A DNA stretch of 64,000 nucleotides. Source: Firmicutes bacterium UBA4975 (GTDB lineage: Bacteria; Bacillota; Proteinivoracia; UBA4975). Positions 41,147 through 51,445 of this stretch are shown here, piece after piece. How positions within the stretch are numbered: the first letter of the stretch is position 1; every line of letters begins with the position of its first letter. Under the pieces are notes generated by a model. The model had not been told where the DNA came from. It did no database searches and saw nothing but the letters and a program-made list of their open reading frames with translations. Where the stretch lies: contig DGZR01000079.1 of assembly GCA_002397155.1 (NCBI GenBank), forward strand, positions 873-64,872, in the 5' to 3' direction. The translations under genes and the position numbers were made by a program.

Positions 41147-41661
41147 CATACCGCTTTGTTGGGACCGACAGTCAACTTCGCGCCAGCATAATCGCCCTTT
41201 TCGAGGAACCGGGACGAGGCCAGATCGCTTACTACACTCCCGCCAATAAATCCTCCTGGGCTTTTTTAAAAGATTACTTGTTTGGCTACCACAATTATAT
41301 GGGCAACACAAAGTATCTTGGGCTGGCTCTTTTGACTTGTTTTGCCTGTTTCACCTTGCTCTACAACATCATTTGGGGGCAAAAGAAGTTCGGGGCAATC
41401 AGCCTGCACTTTGGCGCGACCAGGGCCGGTCTATTTTTTGTGCTGGGCAAGAGAATTTTACTCAATCTTTTGCTGGGCACGGCTGCCGGGCTGGGGCTGT
41501 ACCTGCTCTTGCAGAAGTTGGGCCGGATCTGGGGGGGCAGTACGCTGGCAGGGCAAACGATCCTTACGGTGTTTGGGCTCACCCTGGTCCTGCTTGGCCT
41601 GATCTTTACCTTGGCTTTCTCCCTGGTCAAATTTGAGATCAAGGAGGGGGAGAAAGCTTGA
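41147..41661 (+). pseudogene. 5'-truncated ABC (FtsX-like) permease fragment
   Basis: frame is open back into the terminator with no RBS; encodes only C-terminal TMs and an 'AISLHFGAT' FtsX-type motif. Confidence 0.55.
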
Positions 41662-42782
41662 ACCAAGCGCGTTTTGCCCTAAGAGACGTTGGCCGTAATC
41701 TGGCGGCGGTGATCCTGTTTATCGCTATGCTGGCCTTTACCGCCGCATTTTTAGACGAATATATCAACGATGCTTTACTATTTCAGGATGTTCTTACCCA
41801 AATCAACAGGGTGCAAGAGCATCGGATCGTCAATTTTGCCGTCATTCACCCCCAGCAACTCCTGATTAAAGCGGAGATGGAAGACCTATTGGCAGAGGTT
41901 TTGCAGGATGAAGCCGGTTACTCTGCGGTCATAAAACTGCAAAACCAAGCGCCCCGGCTGGCCGAGCTGGGCCTGACCTGTTACTATGGGTTCGGCCAGC
42001 TCAGCCAATTGTATGGTCTCGATCCCGCCGGCCTGCGGGATCCCCAGGTGCCCTTTACCGTGCTGATCGGGGCCAACGTCCGGGGGCTTGGCGTGGGCGA
42101 TACCGTGACCCTGGGGGACAAGTTCTCGAAAAACATCGAAGTGCCGGTAGCCGGACGGCTGCCTCGCTACGCCAGTTTTTTAGAGGGAGGTACTCATATA
42201 AACTACTTGGATGAGAGCATCCTGGTCTTGACCGACTATCCCTCTTGGCAAAGTTTCCATTTACGGGATACCGGTATCCTGCTCCAGAGCATTTGCTTTG
42301 TCGACAGGTCGGAAGAGGAGGTCCACGCTTTTGTTGCCGGAGTTGAAGAGTACTCCTCATTCAAAATCAGGCCCAAAGATTTTAACCAAGAGATAGGCGA
42401 GACAGCGGCGCTTTTTCGGGACTCTGCCGTCACAAATATTATTTTACATTCCCTTACCTTTATCCTGGTCGCCGCCGCTTTAATAAGCAACTTGCTCATG
42501 CTGATGGAACGCAATCTGCGGGAATACGCGATTCACCGCCTGTACGGAGCCACCCTGGGGGATCTGGCCAAGCGCATCCTGTTTTACCTCTCGTTTATCG
42601 TCTTGCCTGCTTTTGCGATTGGTTATTGGCAAATGCGGAAAAACCATCCGTTTCAACAGGTTACCCCTTATACCCTGCGGGTAATTGGGGCACTGGCCGT
42701 TCTCACCGTCGTCATCGCCGCCGTCTATCCCCTGCTCAAGCTTAAAAAACAAGATATCAGCGTCGATTTAAGGAGGGAGTAA
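41658..42782 (+). CDS. ABC exporter permease (FtsX/MacB-type)
   Basis: N-terminal TM, large extracellular domain, 'REYAIHRLYGAT' and three C-terminal TMs. Confidence 0.85.
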   Translation: MNQARFALRDVGRNLAAVILFIAMLAFTAAFLDEYINDALLFQDVLTQINRVQEHRIVNFAVIHPQQLLIKAEMEDLLAEVLQDEAGYSAVIKLQNQAPRLAELGLTCYYGFGQLSQLYGLDPAGLRDPQVPFTVLIGANVRGLGVGDTVTLGDKFSKNIEVPVAGRLPRYASFLEGGTHINYLDESILVLTDYPSWQSFHLRDTGILLQSICFVDRSEEEVHAFVAGVEEYSSFKIRPKDFNQEIGETAALFRDSAVTNIILHSLTFILVAAALISNLLMLMERNLREYAIHRLYGATLGDLAKRILFYLSFIVLPAFAIGYWQMRKNHPFQQVTPYTLRVIGALAVLTVVIAAVYPLLKLKKQDISVDLRRE

Positions 42783-42783
42783 G

Positions 42784-43464
42784 GTGCAAGTGGTACTAGA
42801 GGCCAGCGGGCTGGAAAAAGTCTACCTTTCAGGAGATAATAAAACCCATGCGGTGAGGGAAATGAGCCTGAGTATCGGCAGCGGAGAATCTGTGGCCATT
42901 ACCGGGCCCTCGGGCTGCGGCAAAACAACTTTGATCAATTTGCTGGGCCTGGTGATCCGGCCCACCCAGGGCCAATTGCTCATCGATTCGGTGGATTCAG
43001 CCACCCTAACGCCCAAGCAGCGGGCCCGGCACCGGAACCAGGTCTTTGGCTACGTTGTCCAGGACTTTGCCCTGATTGAAGATTTGACCGCCTACCACAA
43101 CGTGGAGATACCCCTTTTGTATCGCCAAAAGAGAGGGCGGGCAAAAGATAAAAAAGGACTCATCTTGGCTGCTTTGGACCAAGTAGGCTTAAAGGGCAAG
43201 GAATTTGTTAAAGCGAAGAACCTGTCGGGAGGAGAGAGGCAGCGGGTGGCCATCGCCCGGGCAATTGTCAACTCACCCCGGGTTATCCTGGCCGACGAAC
43301 CTACGGGCTCCCTGGACTCAAAAAGCGCCAAGGAAATCATGGGCCTCCTGCACAGCCTGGTTCATGCGGGCAAAACCCTGGTCCTGGTCACCCACGACCA
43401 AGCCTTGGCGGACCAGTGCAGCCGTCAGATCAGGATGGCTGACGGAATGGCGGTTAATTCGTAG
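42784..43464 (+). CDS. ABC transporter ATP-binding protein (LolD/MacB-type)
   Basis: [32 protein letters not shown] and VTHD motifs. Confidence 0.95.
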   Translation: MQVVLEASGLEKVYLSGDNKTHAVREMSLSIGSGESVAITGPSGCGKTTLINLLGLVIRPTQGQLLIDSVDSATLTPKQRARHRNQVFGYVVQDFALIEDLTAYHNVEIPLLYRQKRGRAKDKKGLILAALDQVGLKGKEFVKAKNLSGGERQRVAIARAIVNSPRVILADEPTGSLDSKSAKEIMGLLHSLVHAGKTLVLVTHDQALADQCSRQIRMADGMAVNS

Positions 43465-43481
43465 GTTTTTGGCGAGCAGAT

Positions 43482-43516
43482 AAAAGGGAGCGGCGGTAGG
43501 GCCGCCCCCTTTTTTT
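43482..43516 (+). terminator. intrinsic terminator
   Basis: AAAAGGGAGCGGC...GCCGCCCCCTTTTTTT. Confidence 0.75.
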
Positions 43517-43521
43517 CGGCT

Positions 43522-43551
43522 GTTATACCCCCGGAGCCGGCGGCATATTTT
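43522..43551 (+). promoter_or_regulatory. sigmaE-like promoter of yqfC/yqfD
   Basis: GTTATA ... CATATTTT upstream of homologs of sigmaE-regulon genes. Confidence 0.45.
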
Positions 43552-43567
43552 AAAGGGGGGTGGTGGG

Positions 43568-43849
43568 ATGGCCAAGGGGGAAAGGCTTAAAGCAAAAGTT
43601 GCTGATATTCTTGACTTGCCCCGGGATCTGCTGGCGGATCTCTTTCGCCTGACCCTGGCGGGGCGGGGGCAGCTCTTTATTGAGAATCACAAGGGAATCA
43701 TCCTCTACCAGCCTGATCTCATCCGCCTCAGCGTTCGGGGCGGAGAAGTGATTGTCCGGGGCCGGGATCTGCAGGTGCGCTTTGTCTATACCGCCGAGAT
43801 GTATATCGAAGGCCGGATCGACACTATAGAGGTGGAGGGTTTAGATTGA
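43568..43849 (+). CDS. yqfC: sporulation protein YqfC
   Basis: LDLPRD and IENHKGI motifs; synteny. Confidence 0.9.
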   Translation: MAKGERLKAKVADILDLPRDLLADLFRLTLAGRGQLFIENHKGIILYQPDLIRLSVRGGEVIVRGRDLQVRFVYTAEMYIEGRIDTIEVEGLD

Positions 43850-44991
43850 AGGGGGGAAAATACGCCGGTCTTTTCGGCATGGTGCGGGCCAGGGCAGAGG
43901 GGGTCCACCCCGAAGAATTCATGAACGGGGCGGCAAAACTGGGCGTGAGAGTGTGGGATGTCCGGGCCGCCGGTAAGGAGACGCTCTTTTCTACCGACCG
44001 GGCCGGTTTAAAAAGACTGGAGCAGCTCCAGCCCCGGGGTTTCAGCTTGACGGTTCTGGCGGAAAAGGGCCTGATTTACCTGCTCCGGCGCTTGCTGGGC
44101 AGGAAGTTTTTGCTGGCCGGTTTTTTTTGCTTTTGCCTGGCCCTTTTCTACCTTTCCGGTCTTGTCTGGGCCATAGAAATTGACGGGCTTCAGGAGCTGG
44201 ACCGAGCCCAGTTTACCGAGCACATAAGGGGCTTGGGCCTGGAAAGGTGGGGCATGGCGCGAAAATTGGATTTTAACGAGATTGAAGAAGATCTGTACCT
44301 GCGCTTTCCCCAGATCGCCTGGGTGGCAATCGAGCGCAAGGGCACGAAAATAACGGTCCGGGTGGTGGAAAAGGCACCCAATCCCTTCCCGTCCGGGGCG
44401 GTTATTGACATAGTCGCCAAGTATGATGGTATAATATCTGAGATGATGGTTTTAAAGGGCATACCCCAAGTGACGCCGGGAACGACGGTGGCTCGGGGCG
44501 ATGTCCTGATTGCCGGCTATATCGAGGACGGGGCCGAGGTAAGCGCCGCCGGTTCCGTCCTAGGCCGGGTCTTCATCACCGGCCAGGGCGAGGGGGCCCT
44601 GCGGGAAGCGCTAAAGACCTTTACTGGCCAGGAAAAAGAAGTGGATATCCTGGAGCTCTGGGGGAAGAAGTTCGCCCTCTCCCGCACGCCGCCCTATGCC
44701 AATTACGAAGTCAAAGAAGAAACTATCGGGCTCTACCGGGACAAGGTATTTTTTCATCGGCGCTACTTTCGGGAGGTGCTCCTGAACACGGTGGACTACA
44801 CTCCCCAAGAAGCCGAGGAGCTGGCCCGCCGACGGGCCCTGCTGGCCGCCCATGGCCAGGTAGATGAGGAGGCTCAAATCCTCCATCGGGAAGAAGAAAT
44901 GCGCTTTGTGGAGGGGCGGTATTTTTGCCGCGTCTTGCTCACAGCCGAAACCAGTATGGTCGAAGAACAGGTAAACAACAGGGGGGAATGA
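43846..44991 (+). CDS. yqfD: sporulation protein YqfD
   Basis: IAWV.I..KGT, DIVAKYDGII and V..GDVLI.G motifs. Confidence 0.9.
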   Translation: MKGGKYAGLFGMVRARAEGVHPEEFMNGAAKLGVRVWDVRAAGKETLFSTDRAGLKRLEQLQPRGFSLTVLAEKGLIYLLRRLLGRKFLLAGFFCFCLALFYLSGLVWAIEIDGLQELDRAQFTEHIRGLGLERWGMARKLDFNEIEEDLYLRFPQIAWVAIERKGTKITVRVVEKAPNPFPSGAVIDIVAKYDGIISEMMVLKGIPQVTPGTTVARGDVLIAGYIEDGAEVSAAGSVLGRVFITGQGEGALREALKTFTGQEKEVDILELWGKKFALSRTPPYANYEVKEETIGLYRDKVFFHRRYFREVLLNTVDYTPQEAEELARRRALLAAHGQVDEEAQILHREEEMRFVEGRYFCRVLLTAETSMVEEQVNNRGE

Positions 44992-44995
44992 GCAG

Positions 44996-45952
44996 TTGCC
45001 AGATGGGGATACTCTGCGGCTGAATAACGGAGAAGCACTGAAATTGCTGGGTATGCAGGATAAAAATCTAGCTTTATTTGCTAAAACTTTTGGGGTAAAA
45101 TTGATCCTCACAGACGAAGGGCTGCAGGTGAACGGGCCCTCGCCCGGCCGGGAACAGGCCGCCGACCTGCTCAACCAGATTCTGGCCATTATCCGGGCGG
45201 GCAATTCCCCGGATTATGCCGAGGTCAGCCAGATGGTCCAGAATTACCGGGCAAGCCGCACCGATCACCGGACGCTGTACCGGGACGAAATCCTTACCAC
45301 CCCCCGGGGCAAAAAAGTGATTGCCAAGACCCCCGGCCAGCACCGCTACATCCTGTCCATCAAGAAAAACGACTTGGTCTTTTGCATCGGCCCCGCCGGA
45401 ACGGGCAAGACTTACCTGGCGGTGGCCATAGCGGTGCGGGCTCTAAAAGAAAAACAAATCGCCAAAATCGTCCTCACCCGGCCCGCCATCGAGGCCGGGG
45501 AAAGGCTGGGCTTTTTGCCCGGGGACCTGCAGGACAAGGTCGATCCCTACCTGCGGCCGCTGTACGACGCCCTCTTGGAGTTCTTGGGCTTGGAGACCTA
45601 TCAGAAGTACATGGAAAAAGGGGTAATCGAGGTCGCCCCCCTGGCCTACATGCGGGGGAGGACCCTTAACGACGCTTTTATAATTTTGGACGAGGCGCAA
45701 AACACCACCCCGGAGCAGATGAAGATGTTCTTGACCCGGTTTGGCTTTGGCTCCAAGGCCATTGTCACCGGCGACATCACCCAGATCGACCTGCCCCGGG
45801 AGACGGTCTCCGGTCTGCGCCAAGTCATCGGCATCCTCCAGGGGATCGAGGGCATCGAAGTGATCTACCTGGATGAAACCGATATCATCCGGCATAAGCT
45901 GGTGGCGGATATTGTCCAAGCCTATGCCAAGCGCGCGCCAAGGAGAAAGTGA
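44996..45952 (+). CDS. phoH: PhoH family ATPase
   Basis: GPAGTGKTYLA, LGFLPGD and YMRGRTL motifs. Confidence 0.95.
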   Translation: MPDGDTLRLNNGEALKLLGMQDKNLALFAKTFGVKLILTDEGLQVNGPSPGREQAADLLNQILAIIRAGNSPDYAEVSQMVQNYRASRTDHRTLYRDEILTTPRGKKVIAKTPGQHRYILSIKKNDLVFCIGPAGTGKTYLAVAIAVRALKEKQIAKIVLTRPAIEAGERLGFLPGDLQDKVDPYLRPLYDALLEFLGLETYQKYMEKGVIEVAPLAYMRGRTLNDAFIILDEAQNTTPEQMKMFLTRFGFGSKAIVTGDITQIDLPRETVSGLRQVIGILQGIEGIEVIYLDETDIIRHKLVADIVQAYAKRAPRRK

Positions 45953-45963
45953 GGCGGGGGGAT

Positions 45964-48093
45964 ATGAAGACCCGAGGGGCTTACCTGGATAAGCTGAATA
46001 GCCTGTGGCACAGCGCCGAAGCGAAAATCCTGCTGGGGGTCTTCCTCTTTATCGCTCTTTTTGTCTCGGTGGCCGTCGGCATTCTGCCGGCCCAGTACGA
46101 GTTAGAAGAGGGTCAGATTTCTCCCGACACTATCTACGCCGCCCGGTCGGTCATCGACCAGGAGGCGACCAGCCTGGCCCGGGCCGCCGCCGCCGAGCAG
46201 GTTGAAGATGTGTACCTCTTTGACTCGGCGGTGGAGGGAAGGGTGATAGACAAAGTCACCGGGCCCCTGGCTTACCTGATGGCCCTGCCCGGCGCCCCGG
46301 CCGAAGAACTTACCCCCGAGCAGGCGGAAGTGGCGCTCCAGGGGACGGTGGCAGAATTCTTGACTCTCTTTCCGGAGGTGGGCAATGAGGACAACGCCCT
46401 CCTCCTCTTGTCAATACCCCAAGAAAGCGTAGAGCAGGCCCTGGTCCTGACCAAGAGCCTGATTCACGCCACCCTGTCCCCGGGAATCAAGCCCGACGGG
46501 GCGGCGGCCGCCCTGCAAAAAATAAAAACCGACCTCTACCAGGCTCAGCTATCTACCCAACTTCGGGATCTGGTAATCGTCAATTTGGAAAATAACTTCC
46601 GGCACAACCGCATCTATTCTCCCGAGGAGACCGCCGCTCAGCGCCGCCGGGCCCGGGACCAGGTGGAAAATATAATCATCCTCAAGGGGGCCAAGGTCAT
46701 CGACCGGGGTGAAACTGTCACCCGGGCCCACCTTTCCCAGCTTCGGGCCTTGGGCATGTTGGAGACGAGCTTTGCCTACGGTTACTACTTGGGCCTCTTG
46801 GTCTTGGTAGCCAGTATTTTCGGGGCCTGGGGCTACTACCTGCACCGCTACCGGCCCGAGCTCTTTTCCTCTCCTTCCCGCCTGGTCCTGATTGGACTCA
46901 TCGTCATCCTTACCATCTGGGCGGCCAAACTCTTTGGCGGTCTGCTCTTTGGCGCGGGCTCGCCCTACCTCATTCCCGCCGCCATGGCCTCCCTGCTCTT
47001 GGCGATAATATTTGACGTCCACCTGGCCCTGTTTTTTGGCACCACCCTGGCCCTGGTCCTCGCCTTTACGGCCGGCAGCGAGCTGAACGTGCTGGTGATG
47101 GCCCTGATCGGCAGCGTGGTGGGGGCGTACAGCGTTTCCAAGGTCAATCAGCGGTCCGACCTGACCCGGGCCGGGCTCTTGGTGGCGGCAGCCAATGTGG
47201 CCGGCATCTTGGGCCTGACCCTCATCGGCAACGGCCTGGCCCTGACTCCCACCTCGGTCCAGGGAACCCTCTTGGACCTGGCTCTGGGCGTGGGCGGGGG
47301 CCTGCTCTCATCGGTCTTTGCCGTGGGACTATTGCCGGTCATCGAATCAGCTTTTGGCATCACCACCCCGATCAGGTTACTGGAGCTGGCCAACCCCAAC
47401 CAAAAACCCCTAAAACGGCTGCTGCTGGAAGCGCCCGGGACTTACAACCACAGTATAATGGTGGGCAACTTGGCCGAGGCCGCCGCCGAGACGGTGGGGG
47501 CCGACCCGGTCCTCTGCCGGGTGGGGGCTTACTACCATGACCTGGGTAAACTTTCCCGCCCTTACTTTTTTATCGAGAACCAGTTCCAGGGAAATAATCC
47601 CCACGACCGGATTCCTCCCAGCCTGAGCAGCATGATTCTGGTCGCCCACGTGCGCAACGGCGTCGAGCTGGCCCGGGAGTACAAGCTGCCCCCGGTAATC
47701 AAGGACATCATCGAGCAGCACCACGGCACCACCCTGATCAGCTTTTTCTACCATCGGGCCCAGAGCGAGCGGGGCAGCAGGGACCAGCTTTTGGAGGACA
47801 AGTTCCGCTACGAGGGGCCCAAGCCCCAATTTAAAGAATCGGGGATAATCATGCTGGCCGACTCGGTCGAGGCGGCGGTCCGCTCAATTTCCCAGCCCAG
47901 CCAGTTTAGGATTGAGGGCATGGTAGAAAAGATCGTCCAAGAAAAGCTGGCCGACGGCCAGTTGGACCAGTGCGACCTGACCTTAAAAGACCTGAGCCAA
48001 ATCTCCCGGGCTTTTGTCCAGGTCTTCACCGGCATTTATCACAAGCGTATTGCCTATCCTTCGGAAAAAGATTTGGCCAAGATAAGCTCTTAA
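45964..48093 (+). CDS. pgpH: 7TM-HD c-di-AMP phosphodiesterase PgpH-like
   Basis: extracellular 7TMR-HDED region, 7 TMs, APGTYNHS, YYHDLGK, QHHGT and ADSVEAA motifs. Confidence 0.9.
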   Translation: MKTRGAYLDKLNSLWHSAEAKILLGVFLFIALFVSVAVGILPAQYELEEGQISPDTIYAARSVIDQEATSLARAAAAEQVEDVYLFDSAVEGRVIDKVTGPLAYLMALPGAPAEELTPEQAEVALQGTVAEFLTLFPEVGNEDNALLLLSIPQESVEQALVLTKSLIHATLSPGIKPDGAAAALQKIKTDLYQAQLSTQLRDLVIVNLENNFRHNRIYSPEETAAQRRRARDQVENIIILKGAKVIDRGETVTRAHLSQLRALGMLETSFAYGYYLGLLVLVASIFGAWGYYLHRYRPELFSSPSRLVLIGLIVILTIWAAKLFGGLLFGAGSPYLIPAAMASLLLAIIFDVHLALFFGTTLALVLAFTAGSELNVLVMALIGSVVGAYSVSKVNQRSDLTRAGLLVAAANVAGILGLTLIGNGLALTPTSVQGTLLDLALGVGGGLLSSVFAVGLLPVIESAFGITTPIRLLELANPNQKPLKRLLLEAPGTYNHSIMVGNLAEAAAETVGADPVLCRVGAYYHDLGKLSRPYFFIENQFQGNNPHDRIPPSLSSMILVAHVRNGVELAREYKLPPVIKDIIEQHHGTTLISFFYHRAQSERGSRDQLLEDKFRYEGPKPQFKESGIIMLADSVEAAVRSISQPSQFRIEGMVEKIVQEKLADGQLDQCDLTLKDLSQISRAFVQVFTGIYHKRIAYPSEKDLAKISS

Positions 48094-48107
48094 GCGGGGT
48101 AATAAAA

Positions 48108-48572
48108 ATGGAGCTAAATTTTTGTTTGGCAGAAGAGTTCGAGGGTACCGATAGCCTGGCGGCCCTGACGGAAAAGACAGCCGCAGCGGTGAGGGCGGTT
48201 TTTCAAGAATCTTTTCCCCGGGAATGTTATAATGTGATAGTGGCCAGCGCCCAGCTTGTCCGCCTTTTAAACCGGGACTTTCGCCAGGTGGATGCGGTTA
48301 CCGACGTCCTCAGCTTTCCTCTGGGACAGGAGGGGGACCGGGTCACCGGCGAGATCTACATCTGCTGGCCCCGGGTGGAGAGCCAGGCCCGGGATTACGG
48401 GCACAGCCGGGAGCGGGAATTTTGTTTTTTGCTGGTTCACGGCATCCTCCACTTGCTGGGCTACGACCATGGGGAAGAACCCAACCCGAAAATGCGGGCT
48501 CTGGAGGAAAAGATTCTCGAATCAATAAACTTGGGGAGGGTGGAACTTGGCGGCCAAAACCCTGCTCGATAG
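48108..48572 (+). CDS. ybeY: rRNA maturation endoribonuclease YbeY
   Basis: TDVLSFP and HGILHLLGYDH motifs. Confidence 0.93.
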   Translation: MELNFCLAEEFEGTDSLAALTEKTAAAVRAVFQESFPRECYNVIVASAQLVRLLNRDFRQVDAVTDVLSFPLGQEGDRVTGEIYICWPRVESQARDYGHSREREFCFLLVHGILHLLGYDHGEEPNPKMRALEEKILESINLGRVELGGQNPAR

Positions 48573-48915
48573 TTTCCGCTTCGCTTTTGCTGGCTTTGCT
48601 TACAGTTTTAAAACCCAGCGCAATTTTCGCATTCACTGTCTGGCCTCCCTGGTCTTGGCGGTCCTCTTGCCCCTCCTGGATGTGGGGCTGACCCAGGCCC
48701 TGTTCCTTTTATCCGCCATGTTCTTAGTCCTGATCAGTGAACTGTTTAACACTGCCGTAGAAAAGACTATCGACCTGTACACCGATAAGTACCACCCCTT
48801 GGCGAAAATTGCAAAGAACTGCGCGGCGGCCGCGGTGCTGATGTCCGCCCTGTATGCTGTCGTTGTGGGCCTTGTCCTTTTGGGCCCTAGATTTCTCGCT
48901 ATTTTAAGGAGGTAA
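48547..48915 (+). CDS. dgkA: diacylglycerol/undecaprenol kinase
   Basis: SF..A..G, NFRIH, ELFNTAVE and AKIAK..AA motifs. Confidence 0.92.
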   Translation: MAAKTLLDSFRFAFAGFAYSFKTQRNFRIHCLASLVLAVLLPLLDVGLTQALFLLSAMFLVLISELFNTAVEKTIDLYTDKYHPLAKIAKNCAAAAVLMSALYAVVVGLVLLGPRFLAILRR

Positions 48916-48920
48916 AAGGG

Positions 48921-49967
48921 ATGGCTGAATCGAGAAAGAATAGGGATATATGCATCATCTTGGCGGTGTCCCTCTTGCTCAGCGTCGCCTTTTTGCTCAA
49001 TTCCCTGGGGCTCATCACTTTTGGCCGGGGCGAGTTTGAAAACGCCCAAGAATATGCTCTCAGCCTCTTGGAACACAACCGGCGGCTGGCCCAAGAGCTG
49101 GAGGTCCCCAAGGACAATACCCGGGTGCGCTTTGCTTACGAGAATCTGCACAAAGCAATTGTCGACGCCTCTACCGCCGAGGAGATAACCAATCTCATCC
49201 TTTCGGAGATGGGGGATTTTGAAGACACCATCCGAGAAGAGGCGGATTACTACCTGACCAACTGGCTGGAGTGGGCCATCTCCCAGGATCCGGGCCTGCC
49301 CGGCCTGACCGGGCCGGCGGAACTTGTAATTTACTTTCTTTCAGATAATGCCGTCACTGTCGAAGGGGGAGAGTTTCTCACCGGGGAGACCCTGGACAAG
49401 ATCCGCGCCCACTTTTCCGGCAAGGGGATCGGCATGCAGACCGTGACCATCGCCATCGAGGCCGAAGAAGGCCGGGTTACGACCCGGGTGGTGGAACCCC
49501 TGAGCGTCCTCTATCCCGTCCAGCACTTGCAGGACCAGCTCAAGTTTCTAGAACAGGAGTACAATAACCTGCGGTCGGCGGCAGGCTATTCCGAACTGAC
49601 GGGACCGGGGTTGGTGGTGTCCCTCCTGGACGCCGAAGACGACCTTCTCTTAAGTGAAAATAACATCATCCATGACGTGGATGTGCAGGAAGTCGTCCAC
49701 ACTTTAATTGCCGGGGGCGCCCAGGGGATTTCGGTGGGAGGCAAGCGTTTGGTGGTGGACACCTCAATCCGCTGCGTGGGGGGGCCGATCTTGGTCAATT
49801 ACGACCCCATCCCCGTCAAGCCTTTGATCATCAAGGCGGTGGGCGATCCCCAGGCCCTGAGCAGCGCCCTTGCCCCCTTGTTCCGCAGCTACCGGGAAAA
49901 CCGAGACCTGCGGATTGAGGTAAGCCAGGAATCGGAAATATGGCTGCCCGGCCAGTCCCTGCGCTAG
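48921..49967 (+). CDS. DUF881 family membrane protein with extended N-terminal domain
   Basis: TM; C-terminal 'AGY..LTGPGLVV.L.D...IIHDVD...GA.GISV...IRCVG...AVGDP'. Confidence 0.8.
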   Translation: MAESRKNRDICIILAVSLLLSVAFLLNSLGLITFGRGEFENAQEYALSLLEHNRRLAQELEVPKDNTRVRFAYENLHKAIVDASTAEEITNLILSEMGDFEDTIREEADYYLTNWLEWAISQDPGLPGLTGPAELVIYFLSDNAVTVEGGEFLTGETLDKIRAHFSGKGIGMQTVTIAIEAEEGRVTTRVVEPLSVLYPVQHLQDQLKFLEQEYNNLRSAAGYSELTGPGLVVSLLDAEDDLLLSENNIIHDVDVQEVVHTLIAGGAQGISVGGKRLVVDTSIRCVGGPILVNYDPIPVKPLIIKAVGDPQALSSALAPLFRSYRENRDLRIEVSQESEIWLPGQSLR

Positions 49968-49978
49968 GAGGCGAGAAA

Positions 49979-51016
49979 GTGAACCAAGGAACCGTCCGTA
50001 TATTAAGGATTCTTGCCATCGTTGCCATCGCTCTCAACATCGCCATCCTGGCCACCCAGATCAAGCTGGGGGATTTTGCCGGGGGCACCGAGCTGACCAA
50101 GGCCAAGTCCTTTGCTAACTTCTTGGTGGGGGACCTCCAGGAGTTGGCCGGCACCCTGGGGGTGGCGGAAAAGGCAAATGTCAAGCAGGCCATGGCCAAG
50201 CTCCATTACGACGTCTACCTGGCCGACAACCAGACCGAACTGGCGGGGATAATCCAAAACAACGCCAGCGTTACCCGGGACTTGATCTTTTCCGAGTACG
50301 CCCGCCTCAACGCCGAAAAGGTGCTGGCGGTGCTCAACTCCGCCCAAGAGGTCCAATATGCCGACTCCCAGGCGGTGCTCACGGTAGAGCCATTGCCCGC
50401 CGGGGGTTACGCAGTCAGCCCGGCCAACAACCTGCGGGAGACCACCGTCAATGCCCTCAAGCAGATTGAAAATCTGCTCAGCCGGGACTCCCTGCGGAAG
50501 TTTTTCCAGCCCTTTCGCCTTCTCTCAACTTTTAAGGTGCTGATTGAGAACGGCGGGGCTCAGCTAGTCCCGCAAAACCCCGAGCAGGACACCATTAAGT
50601 ACCTGGAGGGGGAAATTGAAAACCTGCGGCGCGAGTACGCCAAGGTCAACAAAATTGCCGGCTTTGCTGAGATCTCCGGGCCGGGAGTAGTGATCTCTGT
50701 CTACGACCTGGTGTTTTCTGTCTCCGGCGGCGACCTCAGGCGGATCGTGGGGGAACTGTTTTCCGCCGGGGCCGACGCCATCGCCATCAACGGCCAGCGC
50801 CTGGCCGTCAACAGCTACATCGTCGACGCGGAAGAGGGAATAACTGTGGACGGTATCGTCCTGCGCAATAATCCGGTGATTATCCAGGCCATCGGCGACC
50901 CCACCACCCTGGTGGCCGGAGTGGACTTGCTCTTTTCCGTCTCTTTTAAAGGGATGCTCAGCTTCGATATTGAAACCCGGGAGAGCCTGGTCCTCCCGGC
51001 CAAAGCCCTGCAGTGA
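49979..51016 (+). CDS. DUF881 family membrane protein with extended N-terminal domain (paralog)
   Basis: TM; 'AGF..ISGPGVVI...DLRRIV.ELFSAGADAIAINGQR...AIGDP'; GTG start after AGGAGG. Confidence 0.8.
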   Translation: MNQGTVRILRILAIVAIALNIAILATQIKLGDFAGGTELTKAKSFANFLVGDLQELAGTLGVAEKANVKQAMAKLHYDVYLADNQTELAGIIQNNASVTRDLIFSEYARLNAEKVLAVLNSAQEVQYADSQAVLTVEPLPAGGYAVSPANNLRETTVNALKQIENLLSRDSLRKFFQPFRLLSTFKVLIENGGAQLVPQNPEQDTIKYLEGEIENLRREYAKVNKIAGFAEISGPGVVISVYDLVFSVSGGDLRRIVGELFSAGADAIAINGQRLAVNSYIVDAEEGITVDGIVLRNNPVIIQAIGDPTTLVAGVDLLFSVSFKGMLSFDIETRESLVLPAKALQ

Positions 51017-51019
51017 GGA

Positions 51020-51430
51020 GTGAGGTATTTGGACCTAGAACTTAGAAAGCGCCTGATTGAGGCTGCTTTGGCCGCCCGCCAAAACGCCTATGTGCCTTAT
51101 TCGGGCTACCCGGTGGGGGCGGCCCTGCTGACCAAGGAGGGTAAAATTTACCGGGGCAGCAATGTGGAAAATGCCTCCTACGGACTGACCAACTGCGCCG
51201 AACGCAGCGCTTTTTTTGCCGCCGTTTCCGCCGGGGAGAGAGAGTTTGCCGGGCTGGCGGTGGCCGTCTCGGGCAAGAAGGCCGCTTCGCCCTGCGGCGC
51301 CTGCCGCCAGGTCATCCGCGAATTTTTGCCGGACGAGGCGGAAATAATACTGGTCAATGAAGACGGGGAGGGCGCCGACACGACCATCGACCGGCTGCTG
51401 CCCGGCGCTTTTACCGGCCAGGACCTCTAA
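51020..51430 (+). CDS. cdd: cytidine deaminase
   Basis: NVENASYG, CAERSA and PCGACRQ motifs. Confidence 0.96.
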   Translation: MRYLDLELRKRLIEAALAARQNAYVPYSGYPVGAALLTKEGKIYRGSNVENASYGLTNCAERSAFFAAVSAGEREFAGLAVAVSGKKAASPCGACRQVIREFLPDEAEIILVNEDGEGADTTIDRLLPGAFTGQDL

Positions 51431-51445
51431 AGAGGAGGGATACCG

